Positions 1 to 11,800 of a stretch of 64,000 nt of DNA are shown here, in pieces. Positions within the stretch are counted from its first letter, which is position 1. Every line of letters begins with the position of its first letter. Made by a program: the position numbers and the translations under genes. The DNA comes from Malacoraja senta (taxonomy: Eukaryota). Location of the stretch: positions 248,001-312,000 of the forward strand of contig JAXLNO010000079.1 of assembly GCA_038087875.1 (NCBI GenBank). The letters run 5' to 3'. Below the pieces are notes generated by a model that saw only the letters and a list, made by a program, of their open reading frames with translations, was not told the DNA's origin and did no database searches.

Positions 1-330
1 AGACTTTCTGCTTGTCACAACTGAACTAAATAACTTTCTAATGGGCACATTGTTCAGGAAACTAATTCCATATTGAAAGCAGCACATTGGCATTTTCTGC
101 AAGGCGTATGCAGACAGTAAAAGGTTGGAGGAGATTATTGAGAGGGCAAATTCAGTTCTGGGTAGAACATGATGTCATATATTTGTAAGGATATGGGAAT
201 TGGAATGTTCTATAATGTTGAAATTGTTTAACCCTGGTACTTTACCATGGGCCAGATATATTTGCAGTAGAGGGAGGTTCAGTGGATTGATTCCCAAAAG
301 AGGCATTGCTGTATGAGGAGAAATTAATTT

Positions 331-1189
331 AGACAATAGGTGCAGGAGTAGGCCATTTGGCCCTTCGGGCCAGCACCGCCATTCAATGTGATCATGCCTG
401 ATCATCCCCACTCAGTGTCCGTTCCTGCCTTCTCCCATACCCCTTAATTCCACTAGCCCTAAGAGCTCTATCTAACTCTCTTTTGAATGCATCAGTGAAT
501 CGGCCTCCACTGCCTTCTCACGCAGAGAATTCCACAAATTCACAATTCTGGGTGAAAAAGTTTTTCCTCATCTCAGTTCTAAATGGCCTACCCCTTATTC
601 TTAAACTGTGGCCCCTGGTTCTGGACTCCCCCAACATCGGGCACATGTTTCCTGCATCTAGAGTGTCCAATCCCTTAATCATTTTATATGTTTTTATAAG
701 ATCCCCTCTTATCCTTCTGAATTCCAGTGAATACAAGCCCAGTCGTTCCATTCTTTCATCATATGTCAGTCCTGCCATCCTGGGAATTAACCTTGTGAAC
801 CTACGCAGCACTCCCTCAATAGCAAGAATGTCCTTCCTCAAATTAGGAGACCAAAATTGCACACAATACTCCGGGTGTGGTCTCAATATGGGCCGAAGGA
901 CCTCTTTGCTCCAATACTCAACTCTCTTTATGAAGCCCCAACATGCCATTAGCTTTCTTCACTGCCTGTTTGTACCTATATACTTACTTTCAGTGACTGA
1001 TGTACAAGCACACCCATGTCTCGTTGCACCTCCCCTTCTCCTAAATCTGACACCATTCAGATAATAATCTGCCTTCCTGTTCTTGCCACCAAAGTAGATG
1101 ACCTCACATTTATCCACATTATACCGCATCTGCGATGCATCTGCCACTCACCCAACCTATCCAAGTCACCCTGCAGCCTCATAGCATCC
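331..1189 (-). mobile_element. CR1-clade LINE (family A, HER1-like), 5'-truncated 3' fragment
   Basis: ORFs 518..949 and 959..1147 encode the CR1 RT C-terminus (RPHPEYCVQFWSP, GLYSLEFRR.RGDLI, TRGHSLRI). The 3' end ...ctcctgcacctattgtct is shared with the other family-A copies. Confidence 0.9.
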
Positions 1190-2279
1190 TACTCCAGCTT
1201 TTTGTGTCTATATACGACCTTTCTGCTTGGACAGGGATGGTGAAGAATGAAAAGAATGGGGTTTCTGAGAATATTTTGGATGAGGATGATAAACCATGCG
1301 TTTCTGCTTGGATTGATGCATGTTCCATTAAGCCATTACGTGCGGTGTCATATTCCATTCCTACACACCTGGGGTGAGATTCTGGCCAGCTGTGATCACT
1401 TTTGATTCCAATTCCAGTCATTATATATGATTATTTGCACTGTAACCTTCTGAGAACACTTCATTAGCTTTTACCTTCGTGAGGTCCGTTGCCTTTCGCA
1501 ATTAGTGGTTTAATCATTGATAATAAATAACCATGAGCCTTTCAAAAATGCTTTTAACATTTACAATAATGTTTCTAAATTAAAGAGTGAAACAAACATT
1601 GTTAATAACGATTGCAAAATTAATTCCGTGCAATCTACTTTTTTCCAAAATTCAGTGTTTAATCAATTTAACTCACCTTAAACCAATGTAAATTCAGAGC
1701 TCAAATTATTTAACTAATATACGATGTTAAAACGACATTAATTCAACACAATTGCAATTCATTTTCTTTAAAGATATTACATGGTACAATAAACTTTTAA
1801 TATTTCAAATCCATCTTGAATAGGGGGAAAAACTGTCTCTTGTTGACAGTTAAGGGATTTCAGTTTATATCAGAATCAAGTCATAATTTTGATTAAATTA
1901 CTGCCCTAATTAATATCCCCTGAAATTTTGTAATCTTCAACATCTGCAGATCAGTTTAGATTCTTTTTCTGAAATCCTTCATTTGAATGTTAGCATTAAC
2001 ATTATTTTATTTTGCAATATTAGTCAGAGAAATGACAGGTGAATGTGTCGGAGCACCGTATAATGTAACCATTATGTTATTCTGCGTCCAACTTCTTTCA
2101 AAGTGAAACCATGCTGGACCGTGCCTGTCTAACAATGAAGTGAATTCCCAGGGGATCGCTGTAGCTTGTTGCATTGTTTAAATGCTAATCTGAGAAAACA
2201 CGTAAATATCTGGGAAATATTTGTAGCCTGTCTCTAATTAATCTGCTCAATAGATTAACTTTTCTTTTCCACCTTTCAG

Positions 2280-2362
2280 GTAAGCTGCTCATACCTGCGA
2301 AGAAGACCTCTGCCAGTGGAAACCCCTGGGCTGCTGTTCTGATCTCCTGGGTCTTCGTCCAG
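2280..2362 (+). CDS. SLC12A9: Internal coding exon of solute carrier family 12 member 9 (cation-chloride cotransporter-interacting protein 1)
   Basis: Polypyrimidine tract + AG (tttcttttccacctttcag, ends 2279) and donor CAG|GTGATT at 2363. The 83-bp exon reads (G)KLLIPAKKTSASGNPWAAVLISWVFVQ, matching the SLC12A9 'GNPWAAVL.SW..VQ' segment, and joins in phase 0 to the exon at 31468. Confidence 0.9.
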
Positions 2363-2552
2363 GTGATTAAAGTCACCCTAACATTTGAATATCTCCTGCA
2401 CTGTTTTGCTTTCTTCTATGTGAGAAATAATTTTGGTTTACAGATTATTTAATATTTTCAATATTTGGCAGTCTATGAAATGTTCTTTAGTTCATATGGG
2501 TAATTTGTACAAGACTGATGTTACTCTGTGTTCCCTTTTAGTTTTATTACTA

Positions 2553-3839
2553 CTAGACTAAGTGAGACCCGTTGGGTCCCTGTCACACAGGAGGTTTGGT
2601 CCCCAGCGCAATATTCCACCACTCACCATAGCCCCCAACTGCACAGGCGCAGCTCATTTCCCTCATCCCTAGCACTCTCTCCCCCTCCTCTTCACCCTCC
2701 CTCTCCTTTCCCCTCTCCTCCCCTAATCCCTCCCTCACCTCTCTCCCTCTCCTTTCCCCTACCCTTAGTCACTCCCTCCCTCCCTCCATCTCTCCCCTCC
2801 CTACCCCCCTCCTATCCCTCTATCCCCTACCTCTCCCACTCCTCACCTCTCCCTATCCTCCTCTACTCCCCCACTGCCCTCCTATCCCTCTATTCCTCAC
2901 TCCTTACCTCCCCCATTCCCCCCCTCCTCTACTCCCCCCTCCTCTCCTCTATTCCCCCTCCTCCCTCATCTTTCCCCTCTACTACCCTCCCACAATCCCT
3001 CCCTCACCTTTTCCTACCCTCAGTCATTCCTTCCCTCTATAACTCCTCTCCCCTCCCTACTCCCCTCCTCTCCCTCAATCCCCTCTCCTCCCCCACTCTT
3101 CCTCCCCAGGATCTCGAGGTTCCCGCTCCTCTCCCTTCTTGCATGCCCCGGAGGAGCATCAGACATCGGCGCAGATCCTTGCTTGCCTGGAAGCACCAGC
3201 AGCGCCGGTCGCGCCGGCGCGGGTGGGGGTGGTGGCTGGGGGGGAGAGCTCGGAGAAAAGACGGGGGAAGAGCCATGGGGGAGAAGGGGGTATCACGGTG
3301 GAGGGGGACAGAACCAGCGAGGGGGACCAGAGGGGAAGGGGCTGGAGCTGCGGGGTGTTGTGATGGCGGTGCGTTTGGGACTTACAGCGGGCGCTGGCCG
3401 CTCTCATATGCCGTGATCAGATTCTCCACTTTCCGTTTGGCGAGATCAGCGACATCTCCGGCGCCGCCCAGCTTCCGGTCCCTCCGAAAATTGTGGAGAC
3501 CTCCGCCGGCCACCCGCAGCATCCCTCAGCTCCAATAAAGACGCGATGGCACAGGAAGGGGCAGACCGTCCCGCGGAGTGACAGGAGAACAAACCAATCC
3601 GCGTGGTGCTGGCTGGCAGGAGAGGAGATCGATCTGCTCCCGCATGGTTTTTCAGATTTTTAAACCTCGCTAACTTTTACAATATTCCACCGATCGGAAT
3701 GAAACGGTGCACACGCAGCACAGGAGAACGGTGAGTAAGCTGGCAAAAAATCGTTGCACTATCGCGTACCGTTTTTGCGCAAATAGAAAAACTGCGCAAA
3801 CCGGAAGATAACAAGAACAGAGTTTTAGTTATGTATAGA
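2553..3839 (-). mobile_element. Non-autonomous Helitron (copy 1)
   Basis: On the - strand it begins TCTATACATAACTAAAA and ends CTAG. A GC-rich subterminal hairpin lies at 2564-2580 (GAGACCC-gtt-GGGTCCC on +). It sits between A and T with no TSD, and its termini are homologous to 24796-26371. The interior has a C/T-rich low-complexity tract (~2670-3110) and a CpG-rich segment. Confidence 0.75.
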
Positions 3840-4192
3840 TAGATAGATAGATAGATTACTATTTGAGCAACTTAAAAATGCAGTTGTACAATTTTACAAA
3901 AACTTAATGAGAAACTTGAGTAACTTCCAGTATTTCAAGAATTGCTTATCTAAAATTATCAGTAGGCTTGAAACATATTGGACAATACAGAACTGAATTA
4001 ATCTGCAAGTTAATTATCTCTCTCAGCTAAATGGGAATTAAGTTGAAGGTTGCAATTGATAGACCCTTGAGCACCAGGCCACAGAAAACTTTCTCTCTCA
4101 AGTCCTCTGACACACAGTTTTCCACTGTGATATTTGAGATATCAGCTGTCTGACGACAATGTCTGGGTTTAAACTCAAAGAGATAATCTGCA

Positions 4193-7069
4193 ATAGATAC
4201 ATAGATACATAGAAAATAGGTGCAGGAGTAGGCCATTCGGCCCTTCGAGCCGGCACCGCCATTCAATATGATCATGGCTGATCATCCAACTCAGTATCCC
4301 GTACCTGCCTTCTCTCCATACCCCCTGATCCCTTTAGCCACAAGGGCCACATCTAACTCCCTCTTAAATATAGCCAATGAACTGGCCTCAACTACCCTCT
4401 GTGGCAGAGAGTTCCAGAGATTCATCACTCTCTGTGTGAAAAATGATTTCCCCCTTATCCTTAAGCTGTGACCCCTTATCCTGGACTTCCCCAACATCGG
4501 GAACAATCTTCCTGCATCTAGCCTGTCCAACCGCATAAGAATTTTGTAAGTTTCTATAAGATCCCCTCTCAATCTCCTAAATTCTAGCGAGTATAAGCCG
4601 AGTCTATCCAGTCTTTCTTCATATGAAAGTCCTGACATCCCAGGAATCAGTCTGGTGAACCTTCTCTGCACTCCCTCCATGGCAATAATGTCCTTCCTCA
4701 GATTTGGAGACCAAAACTGTACGGAATACTCCAGGTGTGGTCTCACCAAGACCCTGTACAACTGCAGTAGAACCTCCCTGCTCCTATACTCAAATCCTTT
4801 TGCTATGAAAGCTAACATACCACTCGCTTTCTTCACTGCCTGCTGCACCTGCATGCCTACTTTCAATGACTGGTGTACCATGACACCCAGGTCTCGCTGC
4901 ATCTCCCCTTTTCCCTAATCGGCCACCATTTAGATAATAGTCTGCTTTCCTGTTTTTGCCACCAAAGTGGATAACCTCACATTTATCCACATTATACTGC
5001 ATCTGCCAAACATTTGCCCACTCACCCAGCCTATCCAAGTCACCTTGCAGTCTCCTAGCATCCTCCTCACAGCTAACACTGCCCCCCAGCTTAGTGTCAT
5101 CCGCAAACTTGGAGATGTTGCCTTCAATTCCCTCATCCAGTTCATTAATATAAATTGTAAATAGCTGGGGTCCCAGCACTGAGCCTTGCGGTACCCCACT
5201 AGTCACTGCCTGCCATTGTGAAAAGGACCCGTTTACTCCTACTCTTTGCTTCCTGTTTGCCAGCCAGTTCTCTATCCACATGAATAATGAACCCCCAATA
5301 CCGTGCGCTTTAAGTTTGTATACTAATCTCTTATGTGGGACCTTGTCGAAAGCCTTCTGAAAGTCCAGATACAACACATCCACTGGTTCTCCCCTATCCA
5401 CTCTGCTAGTTACATCCTCGAAAAACTCTATAAGATTCGTCAGACATGATTTACCTTTCGTAAATCCATGCTGACTTTGTCCAATGACTTCACCACTTTC
5501 ACCAAATGTGCTGCTATCCCATCTTTAATAACTGACTCTAGCAGTTTCCCCACTACCGATGTTAGACTAACTGGTCTGTAATTCCCCGTTTTCTCTCTCC
5601 CTCCCTTCTTAAAAAGTGGGGTTACGTTTGCTACCCTCCAATCCTCAGGAACTACTCCAGAATCTAAAGAGTTGTGAAAAATATCACTAATCCATCCACT
5701 ATTTCTGGAGCTACTTCCTTAAGTACTCTGGGATGCAGCCTATCTGGCCCTGGTGATTTATCGGCCTTTAATCCATTCAATTTACCCAACACCAGTTCCC
5801 GACTAACCTGGATTTCACTCAGATCCTCCATCGCCTTTGACCCGCGGTCCCCTGCTATTTCCGGCAGATTATTTATGTCTTCCTTAGTGAAGACGGAACC
5901 AAAGTAGTTATTCAATTGGTCCGCCATATCCTTGTTCCCCATGATCAATTCACCTGTTTCTGACTGCAAGGGACCTACATTTGTTTTAACTAATCTCTTT
6001 CTCTTCACATATCTATAAAAACTTTTGCAGTCAGTTTTTATGTTCCCTGCCAGTTTTCTTTCATAATCTATTTTCCCTTTCCTAATTAAGCCCTTTGTCC
6101 TCCTCTGCTGGTCTCTGAATTTCTCCCAGTCCTCTGGTATGCTGCTTTTTCTGGCTAATTTGTACGCATCATCTTTTGCTTTGATACTATCCCTGATTTC
6201 CCTTGTTATCCACGGATGCACTACCTTCCCTGATTTATTCTTTTGCCAAACTGGGATGAACAATTTTTGTAGTTCATCCATGCAGTCTTTAAATGCCTTC
6301 CATTGCTTATCCACCGTCAACCCTTTTAGAACTAATTGCCAGTCAATCTTGGCCAATTCACGTCTCATACCCTTAAAGTTACCTTTCTTTAAGTTCTGAA
6401 AAGCGCTATATAAATAAAATCTATTATTATTATTATTGTTTCTGAATTAACAATGTCACTCTCCATCCTAATGAAGAACTCAACTATATTATGGTCACTC
6501 TTGCCCAAGGGGCATGCACAACAAGACTGCTAACTAACCCTTCCTCATTACTCAATACCCAGTCTAGAATAGCCTGCTCTCTCGTTGGTTCCTCTACATG
6601 TTGGTTTAGATAACTATCCCGCATTACATTCCAAGAAATCCTCTTCCTCAGCACCCATGCCAATTTGATTCACCCAATCTATATGTAGATTGAAGTCACC
6701 CATTATAACTGTTTTGCCTTTGTTGCACGCATTTCTAATTTCCTGTTTGATGCCATCCCCAACTTCACTACTACTGTTAGGTGCCTGTACACAACACCCA
6801 CCAGCGTTTGCTGCCCCTTAGTGTTTCGCAGCTCTACCCATACCGATTCCACATCCTCCAAGCTAATGTCCTTCCTTTCCACTGGGTTAATCTCCTCTCT
6901 AACCAGCAACGCTACCCCACCTCCTTTTCCTTTCTCTCTATCCCTCCTGAATATTGAATATCCCTGGATGCTCAGCTCCCAGCCTTGGTCACCCTGGAGC
7001 CATGTCTCCGTGATCCCAACTATATCATAATCATTAATAGCTATCTGCACGTTCAACTCATCCACCTTA
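4193..7069 (-). mobile_element. CR1-clade LINE (family A), ~2.9 kb 5'-truncated, with partial APE endonuclease and RT (frameshifted)
   Basis: ORFs 6703..7074 (IVGITETWL, GKGGGVALL), 5664..6368, 4790..5401 (YLDFQKAFDKVPH, GVPQGSVLGP, KFADDTKL) and 4291..4902. Tandem 3' tail (ctatgtat)n. Confidence 0.95.
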
Positions 7070-7253
7070 GTCATTAGATCTTGTCATTAAATTTGGATCA
7101 ATAGTATGAAGATCTGAACAGGCTAATTCTATCCTTTTATATTTGCCATTATTTGAAAGTGGCATTTGTGGCTTTTGTCCCTTTCCTTGATTTATAATGA
7201 GATAAGTAATAGACAGTTACATGGGCAAATGGGAGCAGATGGTCACCTATATA

Positions 7254-7377
7254 GGAAGGAACTGCAGATGCTGGTTTAACCGAAGATAGACACAAAATGC
7301 TGGAGTAACTTGGCAGGTCAGGCAGCATCTCTGGAGAGAAGGAATAGGTGATGTTTTGGGTGGAGACCCTTCATCAG
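7254..7377 (-). repeat. Penelope-derived terminal-repeat fragment
   Basis: gaaggaactgcagatgctgg...tagacacaaaatgctggagtaact...gtttt.ggt.gagacccttcatcag; same family as the 3' end of the GIY-YIG element at 57952-58678. Confidence 0.75.
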
Positions 7378-7779
7378 CCACATTGCACATGGTCGGTCAC
7401 CTGGTCCTTCCAATATTATCTGCTCCTGGCCTCAACACATTGTATTTACATTGTCCTTGTTTCCCTAATCTTTAAAAAATGCGTTTACTTTCTCGTGAAT
7501 TAGCTCCAGTGATCTCACTGCCCCAGACCTCTGGATTAGACTGTTCTAGAGATTCACTTTGCTCGACGAGGAATTTCCTCTGCTCCTTGGTTTAAATGGA
7601 CAGCTCCTTGTAACCATAATCCTGCTTTTGAGATTCCCATCAGTCAATATAATTCATCAGTTTGTCTTGTCCCATGGAACAGAACACTGAAACAGGGTTA
7701 CCCCTTTGGCCCACAATGTCTATGTCGAACATTTTGTCAGATGAACTGAAGCCCTTGCTGCTGCACATGATGCACATCC

Positions 7780-8190
7780 CTTGCAAACTGGAGGAACTGC
7801 ACCTTGTATCCTGCTTGGCTAACGTGTAACCCAATGGTATGAACAATTAATTCTCCAATTTTAACCAGTACCTCCCCTTGCCCCTGACACTGTCCTGTGC
7901 TCTCCACATCCATTTCTCTCACTGTCCTGCCCCACTCTCTCCCCCGACTCCACCCTTTTCCATCTATATCTCTCCTTCTGCCTTTTTCACTCCTCTCTCT
8001 CGTCGCCTTTTCAACTCTGGCCTTTGTCCTCCCATCTGCCAATCAACTCCCACCCCCTCACCTCTTCTGCAGCTTTCTCCCCACTACTACATTCAGTCTG
8101 AAGAAAGGTCCCGACCCAAAACGCCATCTGTCCTTTCCTTCGACTGATGCTGCCCGACCCGCTGAGTTGCTCCAGCACTCTGTGCTTTGG
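7780..8190 (+). mobile_element. Old Penelope-like element 3' fragment
   Basis: Degenerate end of the GIY-YIG ORF (KLEELHL...PNGMN), a pyrimidine-rich UTR and a ctgaagaaaggtcccgacccaaaacg core at 8098. Confidence 0.65.
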
Positions 8191-8862
8191 TCAAGGTTCC
8201 ATCTTCTATATGAAAGGAAATGTGGAACTTCAGCGCAAACGTATCAAGAGTGAGGTTGGGGGAAGGTCTCCATGCAGGGGGTTTGGAGCAGGAAATGCGT
8301 GGTCACGGAGTGGCTGGAGTGGAGACCGTGGCTGCTGGTGGGTAATGCAAATAAGGAGGTAAAGTGGGAAAGATGCGGAGCCACACGGAGCGCAGTGCCG
8401 GGGATAATGTTTGGATTGCTGCTGCAAAAGGCTGAGCACCAACATGTGGGAGTTGGGCCAAAGGGCCTGTTTCCACTCTGTATGAGCCTGTGACCAACAT
8501 TGACATTGTGATTGAGCACCTTCTGATGTGTAAACCTCTACACTTCAGCAGGGGTGCAGTGCTGCCAGAGCTCACCGTGCCTGGTGCTGCGCCTGGAACT
8601 CTGGTGAGGTGATGGCTCTGGCCCGCTAGTGGCCAGTGGAGAGGCCCATGGGGGGCTGGAGTAGAGATACGGGCAGCAGCATCGGTGGCCTCGGGAAGAC
8701 AGTGAAGGTCGGCGACAGAGGTGGTGGCCCTGCCCGGCAAGGTGGTGAGAGTCGGCAGCCACGGGCGGCAGTTTCGGTAGTCCGGGCCTGGGTTTGGCCA
8801 GGAAGGCGGTGAGGGTCGGAGTGGCAGTGGATGTTGTTACTGCTCCTCGTGGTAGCCACCTC

Positions 8863-11800
8863 GTGAGCGGGTGGGTGAGCGGGCAGGCGGGTGAGTGAGT
8901 GAGTGGGCGGGTGAGTGAGTGGGCGGGTGAGTGAGTGAGTGGGCGGGTGAGTGAGTGAGTGGGCGGGTGAGTGAGTGGGCGGGTGAGTGAGTGGGCGGGT
9001 GAGTGAGTGGGCGGGTGAGTGAGTGAGTGGGCGGGTGAGTGAGTGAGTGGGCGGTGAGTGAGTGAGTGGGCGAGTGAGTGGGTGGGTGAGTGAGAGTGGG
9101 CGGGTGAGTGGGTGGGTGAGTGAGTGGGTGGGCGGGTGAGTGAGTGAGTGAGCGGGCCGCGGGTGAGTGAGTGGGCGGGTGAGTGAGTGGGTGGGCGGGT
9201 GAGTGAGTGGGCGGGTGAGTGAGTGGGCGGGTGAGTGAGTGGGCGGGTGAGTGAGTGGGCGGGTGAGTGAGTGGGCGGGTGAGTGAGTGGGCGGGTGAGT
9301 GGGCGAGTGAGTGAGTGGGCGGGTGAGTGAGTGGGCGGGTGAGTGAGTGGGCGGGTGAGTGAGTGGGGGGGGTGAGTGAGTGGGCGGGTGAGTGAGTGGG
9401 CGGGTGAGTGAGTGGGCGGGTGAGTGAGTGGGCGGGGTGAGTGAGTGAGTGAGTGAGTGGGCGGGTGAGTGAGTGGGCGGGTGAGTGAGTGGGCGGGTGA
9501 GTGAGTGGGCGGGTGAGTGAGTGGGCGGGTGAGTGAGTGAGTGAGTGAGTGGGCGGAGTGAGTGGGCGGGTGAGTGAGTGAGCGGGTGAGTGAGTGGGCG
9601 GGTGAGTGAGTGAGTGAGTGAGTGAGTGAGTGAGTGGGCGGGTGAGTGAGTGAGCGGGCGGGTGAGTGAGTGGGCGGGCGAGTGAGTGAGTGGGCGGGCG
9701 AGTGAGTGAGTGGGCGGGCGGGTGAGTGAGTGGGCGGGTGAGTGAGTGGGCGGGCGGGCGGGTGAGTGAGTGGGCGGGTGAGTGAGTGAGCGGGCGGGCG
9801 AGTGAGTGGGCGGGTGAGTGAGTGAGCGGGCGGGTGGGTGAGTGAGTGAGTGAGTGGGCGGGTGAGTGAGTGAGCGGGCGGGCGGGTGAGTGAGTGGGCG
9901 GGTGAGTGAGTGGGCGGGCGGGTGAGTGAGTGGGCGGGTGAGTGAGTGAGTGGGCGGGCGGGTGAGTGAGTGGGCGGGTGAGTGAGTGAGCGGGCGGGCG
10001 GGTGAGTGAGTGGGCGGGTGAGTGAGTGAGTGAGCGGGCGGGCGGGTGAGTGAGTGGGCGGGTGAGTGAGTGAGTGGGCGGGTGAGTGAGTGAGTGGGTG
10101 GGTGAGTGAGTGAGTGAGTGGGCGGGTGAGTGAGTGGGCGGGTGAGTGAGTGAGTGGGCGGGTGGGTGAGTGAGTGGGTGGGTGGGTGAGTGAGTGGAGT
10201 GGGCGGGTGAGTGAGTGGGCGGGTGAGTGAGTGAGTGAGCGGGCGGGCGGGTGAGTGAGTGGGCGGGGTGAGTGAGTGAGTGGGCCGGTGAGTGAGTGAG
10301 TGGGTGGGTGAGTGAGTGAGTGAGTGGGGCGGGTGAGTGAGTGAGTGGGCGGGTGAGTGAGTGAGTGAGTGGGCGGGTGAGTGAGTGAGTGGGCGGGTGG
10401 GTGAGTGAGTGAGTGAGCGGGCGGGCGGGTGAGTGAGTGGGCGGGTGAGTGAGTGAGTGGGCGGGCGAGTGAGTGAGTGGGCGGGTGGGTGAGTGAGTGA
10501 GTGAGTGGGCGGGTGAGTGAGTGAACGGGCGGGCGGGTGAGTGAGTGGGCGGGTGAGTGAGTGAGTGGGCGGGCGGGTGAGTGAGTGAGTGGGCGGGTGA
10601 GTGAGTGAGCGGGCGGGTGGGTGAGTGAGTGAGTGAGTGGGCGGGTGAGTGAGTGAGCGGGCGGGTGAGTGAGTGGGCGGGTGAGTGGGCGGGTGAGTGA
10701 GTGAGTGGGCGGGTGGGTGAGTGAGTGAGTGGGCGGGTGAGTGAGTGAGTGGGCGGGTGAGTGAGTGAGTGGGCGGGTGAGTGAGTGAGCGGGCGGGCGG
10801 TGAGTGAGTGAGCGGGCGGGCGGGTGAGTGAGTGGGCGGGTGAGTGGGCGGGTGAGTGAGTGGGTGGGTGGGCGGGTGAGTGAGTGGGCGGGCGGGCGGG
10901 TGAGTGAGTGGGCGGGTGAGTGAGTGGGTGGGTGGGCGGGTGAGTGAGTGAGTGGGCGGGTGAGTGAGTGAGCGGGCGGGCGGGTGAGTGAGTGGGCGGG
11001 TGAGTGAGTGAGTGGGTGGGTGGGCGGGTGAGTGAGCGGGCGGGTGAGTGAGTGGGCGGGTGGGTGAGTGAGTGAGTGGGTGAGTGGGTGAGTGAGTGAG
11101 CGGGCGGGCGAGTGAGTGGGCGGGTGGGTGAGTGAGTGAGTGGGCGGGTGGGTGAGTGAGTGGGCGGGTGAGTGAGTGAGTGGGTGAGTGAGTGGGTGAG
11201 TGAGTGAGTGGGCGGGTGGGTGAGTGAGTGGGCGGGTGAGTGAGTGAGTGAGTGGGCGGTGAGTGAGTGAGTGAGTGGGCGGGTGAGTGAGTGAGTGGGT
11301 GAGTGAGTGAGTGGGTGAGTGAGTGAGTGGGCGGGTGGGTGAGTGAGTGGGCGGGTGAGTGAGTGAGTGAGTGGGCGGGTGAGTGAGTGAGTGGGCGGGT
11401 GAGTGAGTGAGCGGGCGGGCGGGTGAGTGAGTGGGCGGGTGAGTGAGTGGGTGAGTGAGTGAGCGGGCGGGTGAGTGAGTGGGTGAGTGAGTGAGCGGGC
11501 GGGTGAATGAGTGGGCGGGTGGGTGAGTGAGTGGGCGGGTGAGTGAGTGGGTGAGTGGGCGGGTGAGTGAGTGGGCGGGTGAGTGAGTGAGCGGGTGGGT
11601 GAGTGAGTGGGCGGGTGAGTGAGTGAGTGAGTGGGTGAGTGAGTGAGTGGGTGAGTGAGTGAGCGGGCGGGTGAGTGAGTGGGCGGGTGGGTGAGTGAGT
11701 GGGCGGGTGAGTGAGTGAGTGAGTGGGCGGGTGAGTGAGTGAGTGGGCGGGTGAGTGAGTGAGCGGGCGGGCGGGTGAGTGAGTGGGCGGGTGAGTGAGT

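Noticed and set aside
1213..1378. Open frame ending at a GGTGAG donor-like site as a possible upstream exon
   Set aside because: The peptide does not resemble the SLC12A9 segment preceding the 2280 exon; no clear acceptor.
2528..3538. 336-aa Pro/Ser/Leu-rich ORF
   Set aside because: Translation of the low-complexity interior of a Helitron; no recognisable motif.
8548..8560. caggggtgca as the left TIR of the split hAT element
   Set aside because: Matches the right end (CAGGGACGAC) only in the first 5 nt, and the flanking 8-mers (cacttcag vs tttgacag) are not a TSD.
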